A stretch of 64,000 nt of DNA from the human T2T-CHM13v2.0 reference genome, Homo sapiens: the NCBI RefSeq assembly GCF_009914755.1, contig NC_060927.1; one strand, 5' to 3'. This document shows, piece after piece, positions 17,080 through 29,690 of this stretch. The notes beneath the pieces are model-generated. The model was not told the origin of the DNA. It worked only from the letters and a program-made list of their open reading frames with translations, and did not search any database. A program made the translations under genes and the position numbers. How positions within the stretch are numbered: the stretch's first letter is position 1; each line of letters starts with the position of its first letter.

Positions 17080-17411
17080 AATTAGCATGAGTTTTGGCAA
17101 ATAAAATATTAGAAGAAAGGAGGTACCCAACTACAAGCTCATGCCCTTCAAGGGAAAGGCAATAGCCTCCCTTCCTCTCTCTCCCTTTTATTCAGTGGGC
17201 TAGAAGGCAGACATGGTGGTGAGCTATCTTGGACCACCACCCATTATGTGAATAATGGCAGAGCAGCAAGATAGAAGGAAACCAGATCCCCAGTATTCAG
17301 CTTGAGCTTCCAGTTTGAGAAATAAATAAAATCCTCTCTTGCTTAAGCCACAGTATTTTGGGGTCTCTTATGACGGCTAATCTATATCCTAATGAAATCA
17401 CCATTTTTGAC

Positions 17412-17850
17412 TGCCATGAGATACTCCTTGCAGACTTCAACTACAAGGAGTATAATTCACCAATAGTCAGTGGCCACAATCTGAAATCCCCCACCATGTC
17501 TGCACCCAGCCCATGCTTTCACAAGCTGCTCCTGGATAGTGACTGGGCATGGTAGAGATACTAAAGCAGTCCTATTCCTGGGAGACGTGGTACTCCTATA
17601 ACAGGCATCTTTGGCTCAAAGATTTCCCCAATGTCCTTGCCAAAACTTCATTAGACAGCATGACAGTCTAAGAAACTTAGACCCAACCTTTCTTCCTTCT
17701 GCAGTCACTCAGGGCAGATTTATTTTACTCTCTGATGGCTCTCCCAACCTTACCAGCTCCTGCCCCATTTTCCCTCACAGATGATTCTGCTAATTAAATC
17801 CTTGCTCATTTAATTTCACCTTGGCATCTGCTTCTCAGATTAGCATACCA
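17412..17850 (+). mobile_element. LTR16-family solo LTR
   Basis: gtgactgggcatgg...ccccattttccctcacag...ttggcatctgcttctcaga; homologous to 4300-4733. Confidence 0.72.
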
Positions 17851-18460
17851 CCTTTTCTGAGAAATTCAAGAAAAATAGGTCTTCTGCAAAAGTAAGAAAA
17901 CACAATAATTTTATTGAGCAGTAAAAACAACCTGCTGTAAACATAATTTGTAAATACCCAAAGTACCTCTCTGTGAAACGAAGAAAGAAGGCTTGACCAT
18001 CTTATAGAACTTCACTTTCCCCAAACAACCTCTTGGTTACTTCCAAATTCCCCTCTGCAACTTGAAAATAAATTAGGAGTGCAATAAAGTTTTCTCTCAA
18101 CATTTAGCAAATTGTATGTTATTGGCTATTCTGAACAACTGAATTAAAAGTAAAATCCCATCAATTACCCAATTGCTTATTTAAATATCAAACATGTAGT
18201 CGATTGATGATAAACAGGTAAACATTCAGAATGATCAAATTTTTTTCATTAATCTTTGACCTGATTTAACATAGTGTAGATGGAATCCATTAGCTCTGCA
18301 TCTCCACGTGTTTGCATGTTTTCATCTTGGTGAGTGCTAATCTGTCACCCTGGATGTGCAGATGTCCACACAATGTGAAGACTTGCTTGACTCTCCTGAT
18401 TAGAAGTTACTGCTCTGTTCCACTATAGTCTACTATTTGCATCATTAGTCATAACTTATT

Positions 18461-18465
<5 letters not shown>

Positions 18466-18513
<48 letters not shown>
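18466..18513. repeat. (TA)24 microsatellite in L1 tail
   Basis: Pure alternating TA directly visible. Confidence 0.97.
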
Positions 18514-18516
<3 letters not shown>

Positions 18517-19933
18517 TTTAAGTTCTGGGATACATGTGCAGAACATGCAGGTTTATTACACAGGTATACACGTGCCATGGCGGTTTGCGGCTCCCATCAA
18601 CCTGTCATCTACATTAGGTATTTCTCCTAATGCTATGCCTCCCCTAGCTCCCCACCTCCTGACAGGCCCTGGTGTGTGATGTTCCCCTCCTGTGGCCTTG
18701 TGTTCTCATTGTTCAACTCCCACTTATGAATGAGAACATGTGGTGTTTGGTTTGTTCTTGTGTTAATTTGCTGAGAATGATGGTTTCCAGCTTCATCCAT
18801 GGCCCTGCAAAGGACATGAACTCATCCTTTTTATGGCTGCATAGCATTCCATGGTGTATATGTGCCACATTTTCTTTATCCTGTCTAACATTGATGGGCA
18901 TTTGGGTTGGTTCCAAGTCTTTGCTATTGTGAATAGTGCTGCAATAAACTTATGTGTGCATGTGTCTTTATAGTAGAATGAATGATTTATAATCATTTGG
19001 ATATATACCCAGTAATGGGATTGCTAGGTCAAATGGTGTTTCTGGTTCTAGATCCTTGAGGAATTGCCACACTGTCTTCCACAATGGTTGAGCTAACAAC
19101 ATTGTAAAAGCATTCCTATTTCTCCACATCCTCTCTCCAGCATCTGTAGTTTCCTGACTTTTTAATGATCGCCATTCTAACTGGCGTGAGATGGTATCTC
19201 ATTGTGGTTTTGATTTGCATTTCTCTAATGACCAGTGATGTTGGGCTTTTTTTTCTCATATGTTTGTTGGCTGCATAAATCATTCATTCTACTATAAAGA
19301 CACATGCACACATATGTTTATTGCAGCACTATTCACAGTAGCAAAGGCTTGGAACCAACCCAAATGCCCATCAATGTTAGACAGGATAAAGAAAATGTGG
19401 CAGATATACACCATGGAATGCTATGCAGCCATAAAAAGGATGAGTTCATGTCCTTTGCAGGGCCATGGATGAAGCTGGAAACCATCATTCTCAGCAAATT
19501 AACACAAGAACAAACCAAATACCGCACGTTCTCACTCATAAGTGGGAGTTGAACAATGAGAACACAAGGCCACAGACACTTTTGAGAAGTGTCTGTTCAT
19601 ATCGTTTGCCCAATTTTTGATGGAGTTGTTTGTTTTTTTTTCTTGTAAATTTGTTTAAATTCTTTGTAGATTCTGGATATTAGCCTTTTGTCAGATGGAC
19701 AGATTGCAAAAATTTTCTCTCATTCTGTAGGTTGCCTGTTCACTCTGATGATAGTTTCTTTGGCTGTGCAGAAGCTCTTTAGTTTAATTAGATCCCATTT
19801 GTCAATTTTGTCTTTTGTTGCCATCGTTTTTGGTGTTTTAGTCATGAAGTCTTTGCCCATGCCTATGTCCTGAATGGTATTGCCCAGGTTTTCTTCCAGG
19901 GTTTTTATGGCGTTAGGTCTTACGTTTAAGTCA
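18514..19933 (-). mobile_element. 5'-truncated L1PA7/8-like element with an internal inverted duplication
   Basis: Antisense L1 3' UTR and ORF2 end; a + strand copy of its own 3' part lies at 19275-19575. Confidence 0.93.
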
Positions 19934-20004
19934 TTTATGTCATCTGCCTCAATGTCCTTGACAATCATTTGAGCGTGTGATTCCTACATTCCATGACATG
20001 AAAA

Positions 20005-21350
20005 ACAATTGAGAGTCTAGAAACTTATATGTATAATTAGTTGATTTTCAACAAGAGGGCCCGAAAACTCAATGGAGAAAAAAACAGTATTTTCAACAAA
20101 TAGTACTTTAAATGGACAACTTGGATATCAAATGGACAACTTGATATCCACATGCAATAGGATAAAGTTGGATCTTTTTCTCACACCATACACATAAATT
20201 AAAATTGATCACAGATTAAATATAAGAGATGACACTATAAAACTATTAGGAGAACCTTCAAGATCTTAGGTTGGGCAATATTGTCTTATATATAAAACAT
20301 GAAAATACAAGTGACAAAAGAAAATAGATAAGTGGGATTTCAAAATTAAAAACTTTTGTGCTTCAAAGAGCACCACTGAAGAAGTAAAAGGACAATCCAC
20401 AAAATGATAGCAAATATTTACAAATCATATAGCTGATAAAGAACTTGTATCTGTATTACATTAAAAACTATTATAATACACAATAAAATGACAACTCAAA
20501 TTTAAAAATGTGTAAAGGATCTGAACAGACATTTCTCCAAAGAGAAATATACAAATGAGGATATACAAATGACCAAAAAGCACTTGAAAAGATTCTGAAC
20601 ATGGTTAGCCATTATGGAAATGCAAATAAAAACCACAGTGAAATATGACTTCATATTCACTAAAATGCTTATAAAAAAAAGAGACACTGACAAATGTTGG
20701 CAAGGATATGGTGAAACTGGAATCCTCATATACTATTGGGAACATAAGATTTTGTATCCACTTTGGAAAATAGGCTGGTACTTCATCAAAAGGGTAAATA
20801 TAAAATTATCATATGGCCCCCAAATTTCACTACTAGATATATTCATCCAGGAGAAATAAAAATATGTGTCTGCACAAAAACTTGTACATAAATGTTCATA
20901 GCAGCATTATTCATAATAGCTTATAACTAGAACCAAGTTTTCATCAATTGAATAATAGATAAAATGTGGTATATCCATCCAATGGAATATTATTTGGCAA
21001 TTAAAACAGAATGAAATACTGAAACATAACACAAAGTTGATGAACTCTTAGAATAGTATGCTGTGTGAAAGAAGTCAGACATAAAAGGACATATATGACA
21101 AGATTCAATTTATATGAAATGTCCAGAATAGGCAAATTCACGGAGAGAGAAAGTAGACTGACGGTTGCCAGGGGATGGGGGTAGGGAGAATGAAGAGTGA
21201 CCGCCTAAAGGTATTGGGTTTCTTTTGGGGGTGAAGACTATGTTGTGAAATTAGATAGTGGTGATGGTTGTACAACTTTGTGAAAATGCTAAAAAACATT
21301 GAATTGTACACTAAAAAGGTGGATTTTATGATATGTGAGCTGTATCTCAA
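20005..21350 (+). mobile_element. L1MB (7/8-like) 3' portion
   Basis: Diverged ORF2 end (EMQIKTT..Y..F) and 3' UTR aaatgtccagaataggcaaatt...tagtggtgatggttgtacaac. Confidence 0.87.
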
Positions 21351-22429
21351 CTTGTAAAATTCTATGAACCTCCAATAGCATGCAAAACTTCATCTCCGTT
21401 ATCCCTATTAACACTGCCAATATCCTTAAATCATTTTCCCCAGTCATCAGTTAACCAATATGAGCTTCCTGCTTCACCTTAGCATATAACATAGTGAATT
21501 AAGGCTAATGTTGAAATAAATTTTACTTATGAAAAAATAAGACATGAGCCTCTTTTTTTAAAAAAAAGGAAACGGGGAAATTTTTAAAATATATATTTTA
21601 CTCATCTTTTGAAGATTAAAGTTTTTGTATTTTTTTTTTCCATAAACATCTCAGCTCTATGTGACCGTATGAAATCTCTCTCCTTTTGTTGACAGGCTTG
21701 TTGCAGGACAGGGAAGACAAATCCTAATCAACGACAAATTGGTTTAAGTTTTCACATCCTTTTGTATAATCACCTTTGAGATTGAGCTCATGGTCTCTTC
21801 TGAATTTCAGATCAAGCTGGGGCAACGGATAAATTGGCAGCCCCTACAGGGGCTCATTTTAAGCTACTTTCCTCCCACCCCAGTAGTTGAAGATTAAAGT
21901 GGCAGTTGTCTTGTAATATGACTATTAAAAAATTAATCTCCTTATTCAAGGGGAGGTATGCAGGCAAGTGAATTATCCCAATTCTTCAGTATTTTTCTCT
22001 TACACCTCAGCATGACTGAAGAAGAGAAATACATTACCAAAACAACAAGATGCCAAAAACACTCCCCCCGAAACATTATTTTCATAGCTGTAAACGCAGT
22101 TGAAATTTCAGAAATATCTTCTCACTATATTGACCAAGCACAAAAGGTAACAAATTATTTAACATTAACCAATCAATCTCAGCAAAATTCTGCTATGTTT
22201 CATCACTATTCCAGCATTAAAGATGAAAACATATTTGCCTTTAGAAAGCGGTTCCTATGGAAATGACCATAAATAAAGATAAGTGTCAATATTTAACGAG
22301 AAGTGGGAAAAATATATGTTTTTTAAGTTGGCTACTTTGAATTGGTTGACTTGAGAAGAGTGCAGTTTCTCTTCTTTGGCAGAAAATTCTCCCTTGTTTA
22401 GAAAAACACATCAATGAGTTTCCTTGTAT

Positions 22430-22984
22430 TGTATATATTTTTTATTTTCTATATAATCTGATGTTTTGACATGTTAAAAAAAACCTTTCTAGCTGGGGAG
22501 GGACTGCCCCTCCCAGGAATAGCCAGCTCTTAGAGTTAGGGAGAGCTCAGCCAGGCATGCCTTTGATATGCAAACTAACCAATCTGCAGCCCAGACCTGG
22601 GCTTCTCTATTTGGCCCAGACACCCCAGGAGACTATATTCCTCTGCCCTAAACATCCCAAAGCCAGATTCCAGGCAACTAGGGACCACCTCTATAATTTA
22701 GAACCCACCACAAATTACTCAAACCAGCTAGTCCTAAATTGTTCACTTTGCCCTGCCTTGCCTTTCCCATGGAAATCCCCATGGACCATGGCTCCAGTCC
22801 ATCCCCTGTTTTGTGTTTCTGTTTCCTGCCTCCTGACCACCATGCTATCTTGCCTCTGTGTCCCTGCGTGGTATGCCCCATCTTTAGGACCTGTTAGTAT
22901 AACACACTTTGCTTTCCTGAGCCACTCCTTGTCTCCTCTTGTGGTTGCACCTTACTGAACATCACATAAAAGAATTGAAAACAC
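22430..22984 (+). mobile_element. ERVL LTR of the MER54/MER73/MER74 group
   Basis: ggagggactgcccctcccagg...cctttgatatgcaaactaaccaatc...ggcaactagggac. Confidence 0.75.
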
Positions 22985-23099
22985 CCCTCAACCCCTCCGA
23001 CCAGATAAGAGAGATCTAGAAAAAGAAAAATAAAGCTCATCTACATAATAAATAATTAAAATTTCCCCAGTGGCACTGGGCAAGGGAAGCCTCCATATC

Positions 23100-23430
23100 C
23101 ATTTCCCCACCCTGCTCTGCCCTGTGTTTCATCTGACCACAGGAGACTGCATTCAACAGACTCCTGAGCCCACTGGCTTCCAGCAGGGTTCTGCCAACAT
23201 GCGATAACTGCCAACGACTGGAAAGTGAGGTCGGGGTATTTATTACCCAGGCTCTCCATCTGCTGCTTCACGGGCTAGCAGCACTTGGCATTTGTGGAAG
23301 CAAGGCATCCTTCTCCTGCAGGGCCCCTCTCCCCCTCAGGATTCCCATGACATCTTCTCTGCTCTCCTCCTTCAGACCTAAGAGTGGTAATAGCTCCCTG
23401 CTGTTGCCAGCCACAGGGTGCTTCAACATA
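23100..23430 (+). mobile_element. LTR33-like ERVL LTR fragment
   Basis: ccacctgctctgccc...gtgaggtcggggtatttatt...ttcagacctaagagtggtaatagct. Confidence 0.65.
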
Positions 23431-23434
23431 AAGT

Positions 23435-24030
23435 CAGTTCTGCTATAAAGCGATACGGGCATTGTTGAAAATCATCATACTATATAAAACTGTGCAATAA
23501 AAACCACAGGACTTAGGGCAAAATGGGGCCAGAGGCAAATACACAAAAACAACATCTGTGACATGTTTTAAGAAGATAGGAACCTAATAAAAATGGTACA
23601 GTGTTATACTTGTTGAATAAGAAAGACATAAATACTAGAAATATGGCACTCAGCCTTAAGAAAGACCTTGCATTTGCTTATGGAGTGGGCATGGGGAGAG
23701 GTGCACCCTGTGAGCTATTGTGAAGTAGTGAGAATGGGTTATCTGGAGTCCCAGGGAAAGTTGTCACATAGGATGTGTGTGGGTGTGGCTCACAAGAATG
23801 TGATGAACTGAGGGTGGATGGTGGTGGATGCTTGAAGTGCTTGCATTTTGTGTATCCCTACACTGCTTGGCTCACCTGGTTATAGTTTTCTGTGTTCACT
23901 TAATATTTCTTATGGATGAAATCACACATAAGCAAATACAAAATTATGCTCAAATTTTCCCTGAATACATCAATGACTTTGGAACAAATCTGTATTTTCA
24001 AAACAAGTGTTAAGAAAGAAATGGTTGTAC
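23435..24030 (+). mobile_element. Tigger13a-like DNA transposon
   Basis: Starts cagttctgctataa...gcaataaaaaccacagg...gataggaacctaataaaaa. Confidence 0.7.
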
Positions 24031-24149
24031 ATAATTTGTTCCCCTATACTCGGCCTATGACCTTTCTAAATTCTCCTCAGTTTTCAAATTCGAGTGTATT
24101 CTGTTTCCTCTCAAAACACCTAGAGAGAGAATTAGGGGAGCCAGGGGAA

Positions 24150-24709
24150 ACTCAGGAGCTCCACTGGGAGCTGTAGCAACGTAATGGGAATTCAGAACCT
24201 AAGACTCTAACAGCCTCTGAGAAATTCCTGTTGGGAGCATGAGCCAAGAGAACTATGACATGGGCAATGTCCCACCAAGCCATGCGAGTGATGTTGCCAC
24301 CCTGTGGGTCTGGAAGGCAGAGCATGAAGGTAAAGAAGATTATTCTCAAGTCTTTAAAATATCATAGGGCTTGGCTGGCTAGGTTTTAGATTTGCTTGGT
24401 ACTAACACCCCTTCCTCCTTTCCTATTTATCCCTTTGGAATGAGAATGTCTATCCTATCCTTGTCCCACCAGTGGATTTTGGAAGCACATAACTTGTTTG
24501 ATTTCACAGGTTCACAGGTGGAGAATGATTTTGCCTCAGGATGAATTATACCTCAAGTCTCACTTATGTCTGATTTAGATATTTAGGTGAGACTTTGAAT
24601 TTTAGAGTTCATGCTCGAATGAGTTACAACTTTTGGGGCTGTTGGGATGGAATGAATGTATTTTGCATGTAGAAGAGCATGAATTTGGGGTGGGGGGTTA
24701 AGGATGGAA
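24150..24709 (+). mobile_element. MaLR internal (MLT1A-int) 3' segment with polypurine tract
   Basis: ttgcctcaggatgaatt...gactttgaattt...gcatgaatttgggg and a purine tract abutting the LTR. Confidence 0.75.
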
Positions 24710-25071
24710 TGCAATGGAATGAATGTTTATGTCCCACACAAAAAAACATATGTTGAAATCCTAACCCACAAAATGATGGCATTTGCAGGTAAGGCTTTGG
24801 AAATTGATTAGATCATGAGGGTAGAGTCTCCAAGAATGGGAGTAGTGCCCTTATCAGAGAGGCCCCTGAGAACTCCCTTTCATATTCTGCCAGTGAGGAT
24901 ACAACCAGAAGTCGTCAGTCTGCAACCTGGAACAGGACCCTCATCAGAACCCAACCATGCTGGCAACCTGCTCTAGGATTTCCAGCCTCTCAAACAGTAA
25001 GAAATAAATTTTTGTTGTTTATAAGCCACCGTAAGTCAGTGGTCTCTGTTATAGCAGCCCAGACTAAGACA
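24710..25071 (+). mobile_element. MLT1A 3' LTR
   Basis: tgcaatggaatgaatgtttatgtccc...agaaataaattttgttgtttataagccac...gactaagaca. Confidence 0.88.
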
Positions 25072-26456
25072 AAGCAATTGCCAAGGAACTTTGAAAGATG
25101 GTGATGTCTCTTTATAAAATTCTAGTTGTTTCATGTTCTACATGATCTTGCAATCTCCACCACAGCCTGCCCCACCTCCCAGCCTGGGTACCTGCAACAG
25201 CTGTGGCTTTGTGAAGATTTGGGTAAGGAAAGGGGAGGAGAATGGCATATGAGAGACAAAGACAGGCAGAAAAGACAGGGACCACCGTTGCCAACAAAAA
25301 ATAATTGAGACACAAACCTCCTTCCCCAGAACTAATCAAGGAAAGGGACCTTGGAAGGAAACCAGGCAGTTCACACTGTGTTAGTATGTGACTAGGAGCC
25401 ATATTCCTGTTGCTAGAGAATTGCTCTACATGCAGAAAAAGTGAATACGATTTTACTTCCACATTTTTCACCAAGAAAAGCTTCCCAACTATATTTTTCA
25501 TTCCAAAAGCACTTGTTCTGCAAGTAACAAAATTTTAGGGTGAAAATATTCTATTATTTTTTTCTTCAACAAGCCATTTTCTTTTTTACTTAAGCCAGAA
25601 CATAAATATAACCTAGTCTTTGCTCAAAAATATTACATTAGCCATAGAGACACACCCATGTGAAGGAATTATTAATCCTCAAAAAACTGTAGCAGAATTT
25701 GATGAAAGCTGAAATGTATTTTTACAGATGGTTGTGCTATGATGTATTTGATTTGAAAAATATTAAACAAAGCAATACTCCATTTCTGTTTTATTCCTTG
25801 AAAGCAATTACTACATGAAAAGGTGGACAGGCAGGACACAGTTAACAAACAAAGACTAAAGAGTTGTCATCGGGTTCAAAATGGTCTGGAAAATGAATGA
25901 GGGCCACTTGCCAATAATATGACTATAAAATATAGCAATGAAAAATCTCTATTGTGAACATACACATACTTACATCCCACATCACAGCTTGATGGAGCAG
26001 GAGATAAATGATCCAACATTGATTGTTTTTACAGGAATATGACAACCCCCCCAAAGAAGAGAAACAGAACATCTCTCCCTTCACATAAAAAGCAAATTAC
26101 AGATGAAAAAAATTCACTACTCTCAAAGCAAGACTCAATTAAAAAAATATGTCTGGCTTTGACAGGGCAAATTCCAGGCGTAGTATATTTTCATAGAAGT
26201 TGGTCCTAAAGGAAAGATTTGAGTGCACCAAAAACCTATGGAACTTTTCACAGCTTGTCATAATTTCTCTGTAATATTAAGCAAGGATTTCTGCCTCCTT
26301 AGCTCATATTTTTCTTAACTGATCCTGCAAGGTGGTGTTATGTTTGTGATAGTGTATGTCCTTCCTGAAATTCACATTGTATAATAGCTGCATTGCAGAC
26401 ATTGAATAACTAATACTGCCTTACAGCAATACTGTAATGGGTAGTGCTTTACTGAG

Positions 26457-26458
<2 letters not shown>

Positions 26459-26496
<38 letters not shown>
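26459..26496. repeat. (GT)19 microsatellite
   Basis: Directly visible. Confidence 0.97.
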
Positions 26497-26500
<4 letters not shown>

Positions 26501-27759
26501 GCATGTGGTTAAATGGCAGGATGAAACTACAGGAAGGAAGAGCAGAGGCAGCTCATCCTGTCCCATGAAATGCTGCAAGGACATCACAAATGGCATTATT
26601 TAATTAGAAGGCAATCCTAACTCTGGGACATCCACTTCCATCTTCAGAAACATTAAACAGGAACTATATTGTCTTTGTGTTGTGCAAAGGTTCAAGCCAA
26701 CACAAAGAACCTCTGAAAGTCACATGATTTTTGAGCCAAAACTTCTGCACACATTCCCCTCTGCCTTGTCACCTTTCATCCACTTTGTCCAGAGCATCCT
26801 TAGGGTTTCTAGACAGCCAGTTCTGGATCTTGTTATAATGCTCAGAATGGCTGTCAGCAGACAAGAAAAGAGCTCCAGTAGTCAGGTTTGAGCTATGTGA
26901 ATAAATACACCCATTTGGGTGTTATCGAGCTTTTTCATTTGTCTTATCATTTCATTCTTCAGTTGACACTGTCACCCTTGGGAAGTCAAAGAAGGCATTT
27001 CTCTGGTTCTTTACCCTCGACCTCAGGGCACTACAGCCTTTATTATCTGTCCCTTATTGTCCTTTGGAGATAATTGCCTACGCTTTGGTGCCTATATTAC
27101 ATATGTTTCAACCTGTTCTCCAAACGTTAACTGTTTGGGATTAAAATAGTTTCTAAGAAGTATTTTCAGCCTTTCCTTGAGCTTCTGCCAAATCTATGGC
27201 TCTCCACAGAAAGGAAAATGCTGAGCATCAAAAACAAAATGAGGATTAGTCAGAAAGAGATAATAAATAGCACATTACTACATGTGGCAAAAGCTAAAAA
27301 AAAAAAAAAAAAAACTTGTTTGTATTTTAATGGTTTAACCATGACAACAGTTTGAGGTCTTAGTAAAGGTAATAAGAATATAGGTTTCTCATTTCTATCA
27401 AGAAGTGAGAAAAGATTGGAAAGGCTTTACCATGGAAGTAATATCAGATCATTGATATTGTTTATGCAACCAGATTAAAAGATTCCACTTAAACATTTCC
27501 ACAATGCATTATTTGCAATGTAAATAGTGAGAGCAGCAATAAATGACAGAATAAATTGTGATGTGGGTAATTACAAAATAGGAGTTGGATTGAGGTCTGC
27601 AGGACTCTAGTTCTCTCGATATTATGCTAACAAAAGGGCAGGGCAAACTCTACTAAGACCTTTGTCAGAGTTGCTGCAGGTTTGGGTGGAGAGTGTCCTG
27701 GCTACCACTTGGGAAAGAGAGAACCATGGTGCTAAAATCATAACAAACATCGCTACCAC

Positions 27760-27960
27760 AACTTATTTAATCTTATAAACAGAAAAAAAAAGCCAACCCT
27801 ATGAGGTTAAGACAGTATTATAATCCCCATGTTGCAGATGAGAAAATCAACATCCAAAGAGAGGTGGGGTTTACCAAAGGTTATAGAGTTGATAGATGGA
27901 GCAAAGATATAAACCCAAGCAGTAGAGCTCATATGAATCCCTACTTAACCCCACAGTATT
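27760..27960 (-). mobile_element. MIR
   Basis: aaccctatgagg...ccccatgttgcagatgagaaaat core. Confidence 0.7.
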
Positions 27961-28029
27961 GTGCCTGCATAATGGGCTAGGAAAGTTACAGTGTGTATTT
28001 GCCATGTCTCACTGAGGATTAGGCATTTA

Positions 28030-28190
28030 GCCAATCACTCATGTATTTATTTGTTTATACACTCAACAAGTATACATGGAGCACCTACTATGTGCCAGGC
28101 ATTAATGCTAGAGCCTGGGGTTTAATGATAAACAAGTAGGTGAGCCCTCTTCTTTTGAATGTATGATCTGGCTGGGGAGATTGGTGGAAA
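28030..28190 (-). mobile_element. L2 3' fragment
   Basis: caacaagtat...gagcacctactatgtgccaggca. Confidence 0.65.
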
Positions 28191-28229
28191 AAAACAGGTT
28201 ACCTGCAGAGCTATGGAGGGAAATACTCT

Positions 28230-28446
28230 CAAGTAGTTCTGGAAGGTTAATATGCCTCAGAATTGCCTAGAGGGTTGATGAAAACATAGATTGTGCCCTC
28301 CCACTCCACCCCACCCCCCACCCCCACCACTGCTACCTGTAGTTTCTGACTTAGTAGGTCTGTGTTTGGACTTAAGAATTTGCATTTCTAACCAGTTCCC
28401 AGATGATGCTGATACTGCTGGGATGGAGACTATACTTTGAGCACTG
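28230..28446 (+). mobile_element. MER5A (hAT-Charlie)
   Basis: aagaatttgcatttctaaccagttcccagatgatgctgatactgctgg...actttgagcactg. Confidence 0.8.
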
Positions 28447-28699
28447 TTGCTCTAAGGGGTATTTGGTTGAGGGAGAAAGACTTCATCATGTTGTATTTTA
28501 CATCTCTTGGAGATAATCCTCTGCTTAAGAAAAATAATTACTAACTTATATAGATACAATATGAGGCCTGCCAGAAAGTGTCTCTCATCCTGCCTTAAAA
28601 TATCAACATACTCTCTAGGATGGGTAACATTCAGCCACCCACAGCCATTCACATGTGGGATCTGATGGAATGGGACAGAGGACAGGTAAGTTGTTGTTG

Positions 28700-29325
28700 T
28701 TGTTTTAATAGCCTTTACTTTTTAGAGCAGATTTAGGTCCACAGAAATATTGAGCACAAATACAGAGCTCCTGTATACCTCCTATCCCACCTCATTCCAA
28801 CAGTTCTCACTGTCAACATCCTCCACCGGACTGGTACATTTGTTGCAATTGATGAACCTCCATTGATACATCATTATCACCCAAAGTCCATAGTATATGT
28901 TAGTGTTCACTCATGTTGTACATTCTATGGGTTTGGACAAATGTATAACAACATGTATCCACCATGATAGTATCATACAGAATAGTTTCACTCCCCTAAA
29001 ATCCTCTGTGTTCTGTCGATTCATCCCTCCCTTCCCCCAACCCATGGTTTTGCCTTTTCCAGAATGTCATATAGTTGGAATTCTATAGTGTGTATCGTTT
29101 CCAGATTGGCTTCTTTCATTTAGCAGTTTGCATTTAAGATTCCTTCATGGTTTTTTGTGGCTCGATCGCTCATTTCTCTTTGTTGCTGAATAATATTCTG
29201 TTCCCTGGATGTACCATTGTTTATTTATCAATTGACTTACTGAAGGACATCTTAGTTGTTTCCAAGTTTTGGCAATCATGAATAAAGCTGCCATAAACAT
29301 TTATGAGCAGGTTTTTGAGTGGATT
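28700..29325 (-). mobile_element. L1MC1/2-like 3' end
   Basis: tttttagagcagatttagg...ctggtacatttgttgcaattgatgaacc...ccaaagtccatagt. Confidence 0.82.
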
Positions 29326-29414
29326 TAGATATGTACTTTTTAACCATTTGGCAAAAACATTCCTATAACTTGTATTTTTGTGTATTTCACAATGAAACAT
29401 CTTTATATTTTAAT

Positions 29415-29690
29415 TTTTTTGTTTTATTAACTAAACTTTTTTGGTTTTTTAAGTTGGTAAAATGATATATAATTATCATGTACACCATGATGTTTTGAAG
29501 TATACATACATTGTGAAATGACCAGTTCTAGCTAATTAACACATTTTATTGGCTCTCATAGTTATTTTTGTGGTGAGAACACAACATTCACCCTCTTAGC
29601 AATCTTCAAGAATATAATATATTGTTATTAACTGTAGTCACCATGTTGTACAATAGATCTCTTGAACTGATTTCCATGTAACTGAATTGA
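29415..29690 (-). mobile_element. L1MA 3' end
   Basis: ttattaactgtagtcaccatgttgtacaatagatctcttgaact. Confidence 0.8.

Larger units (their letters stand above)
16130..17395 (+). mobile_element. Old MLT1 (H/I/J-like) LTR, outer layer of a three-layer nest
   Basis: 5' part 16130-16244 and 3' part 17080-17395 (aataaa...gcttaagccacagtattttggggtc) flank the inner elements. Confidence 0.6.

Noticed and set aside
19275-19575. Twin-priming 5' inversion or independent nested L1 insertion
   Set aside because: The segment is duplicated rather than just inverted, lacks a tail and TSD, and shares private variants with its host.
20110-20148. Small tandem duplications (also 36655-36680 and 54906-54925)
   Set aside because: Ordinary slippage-type duplications.
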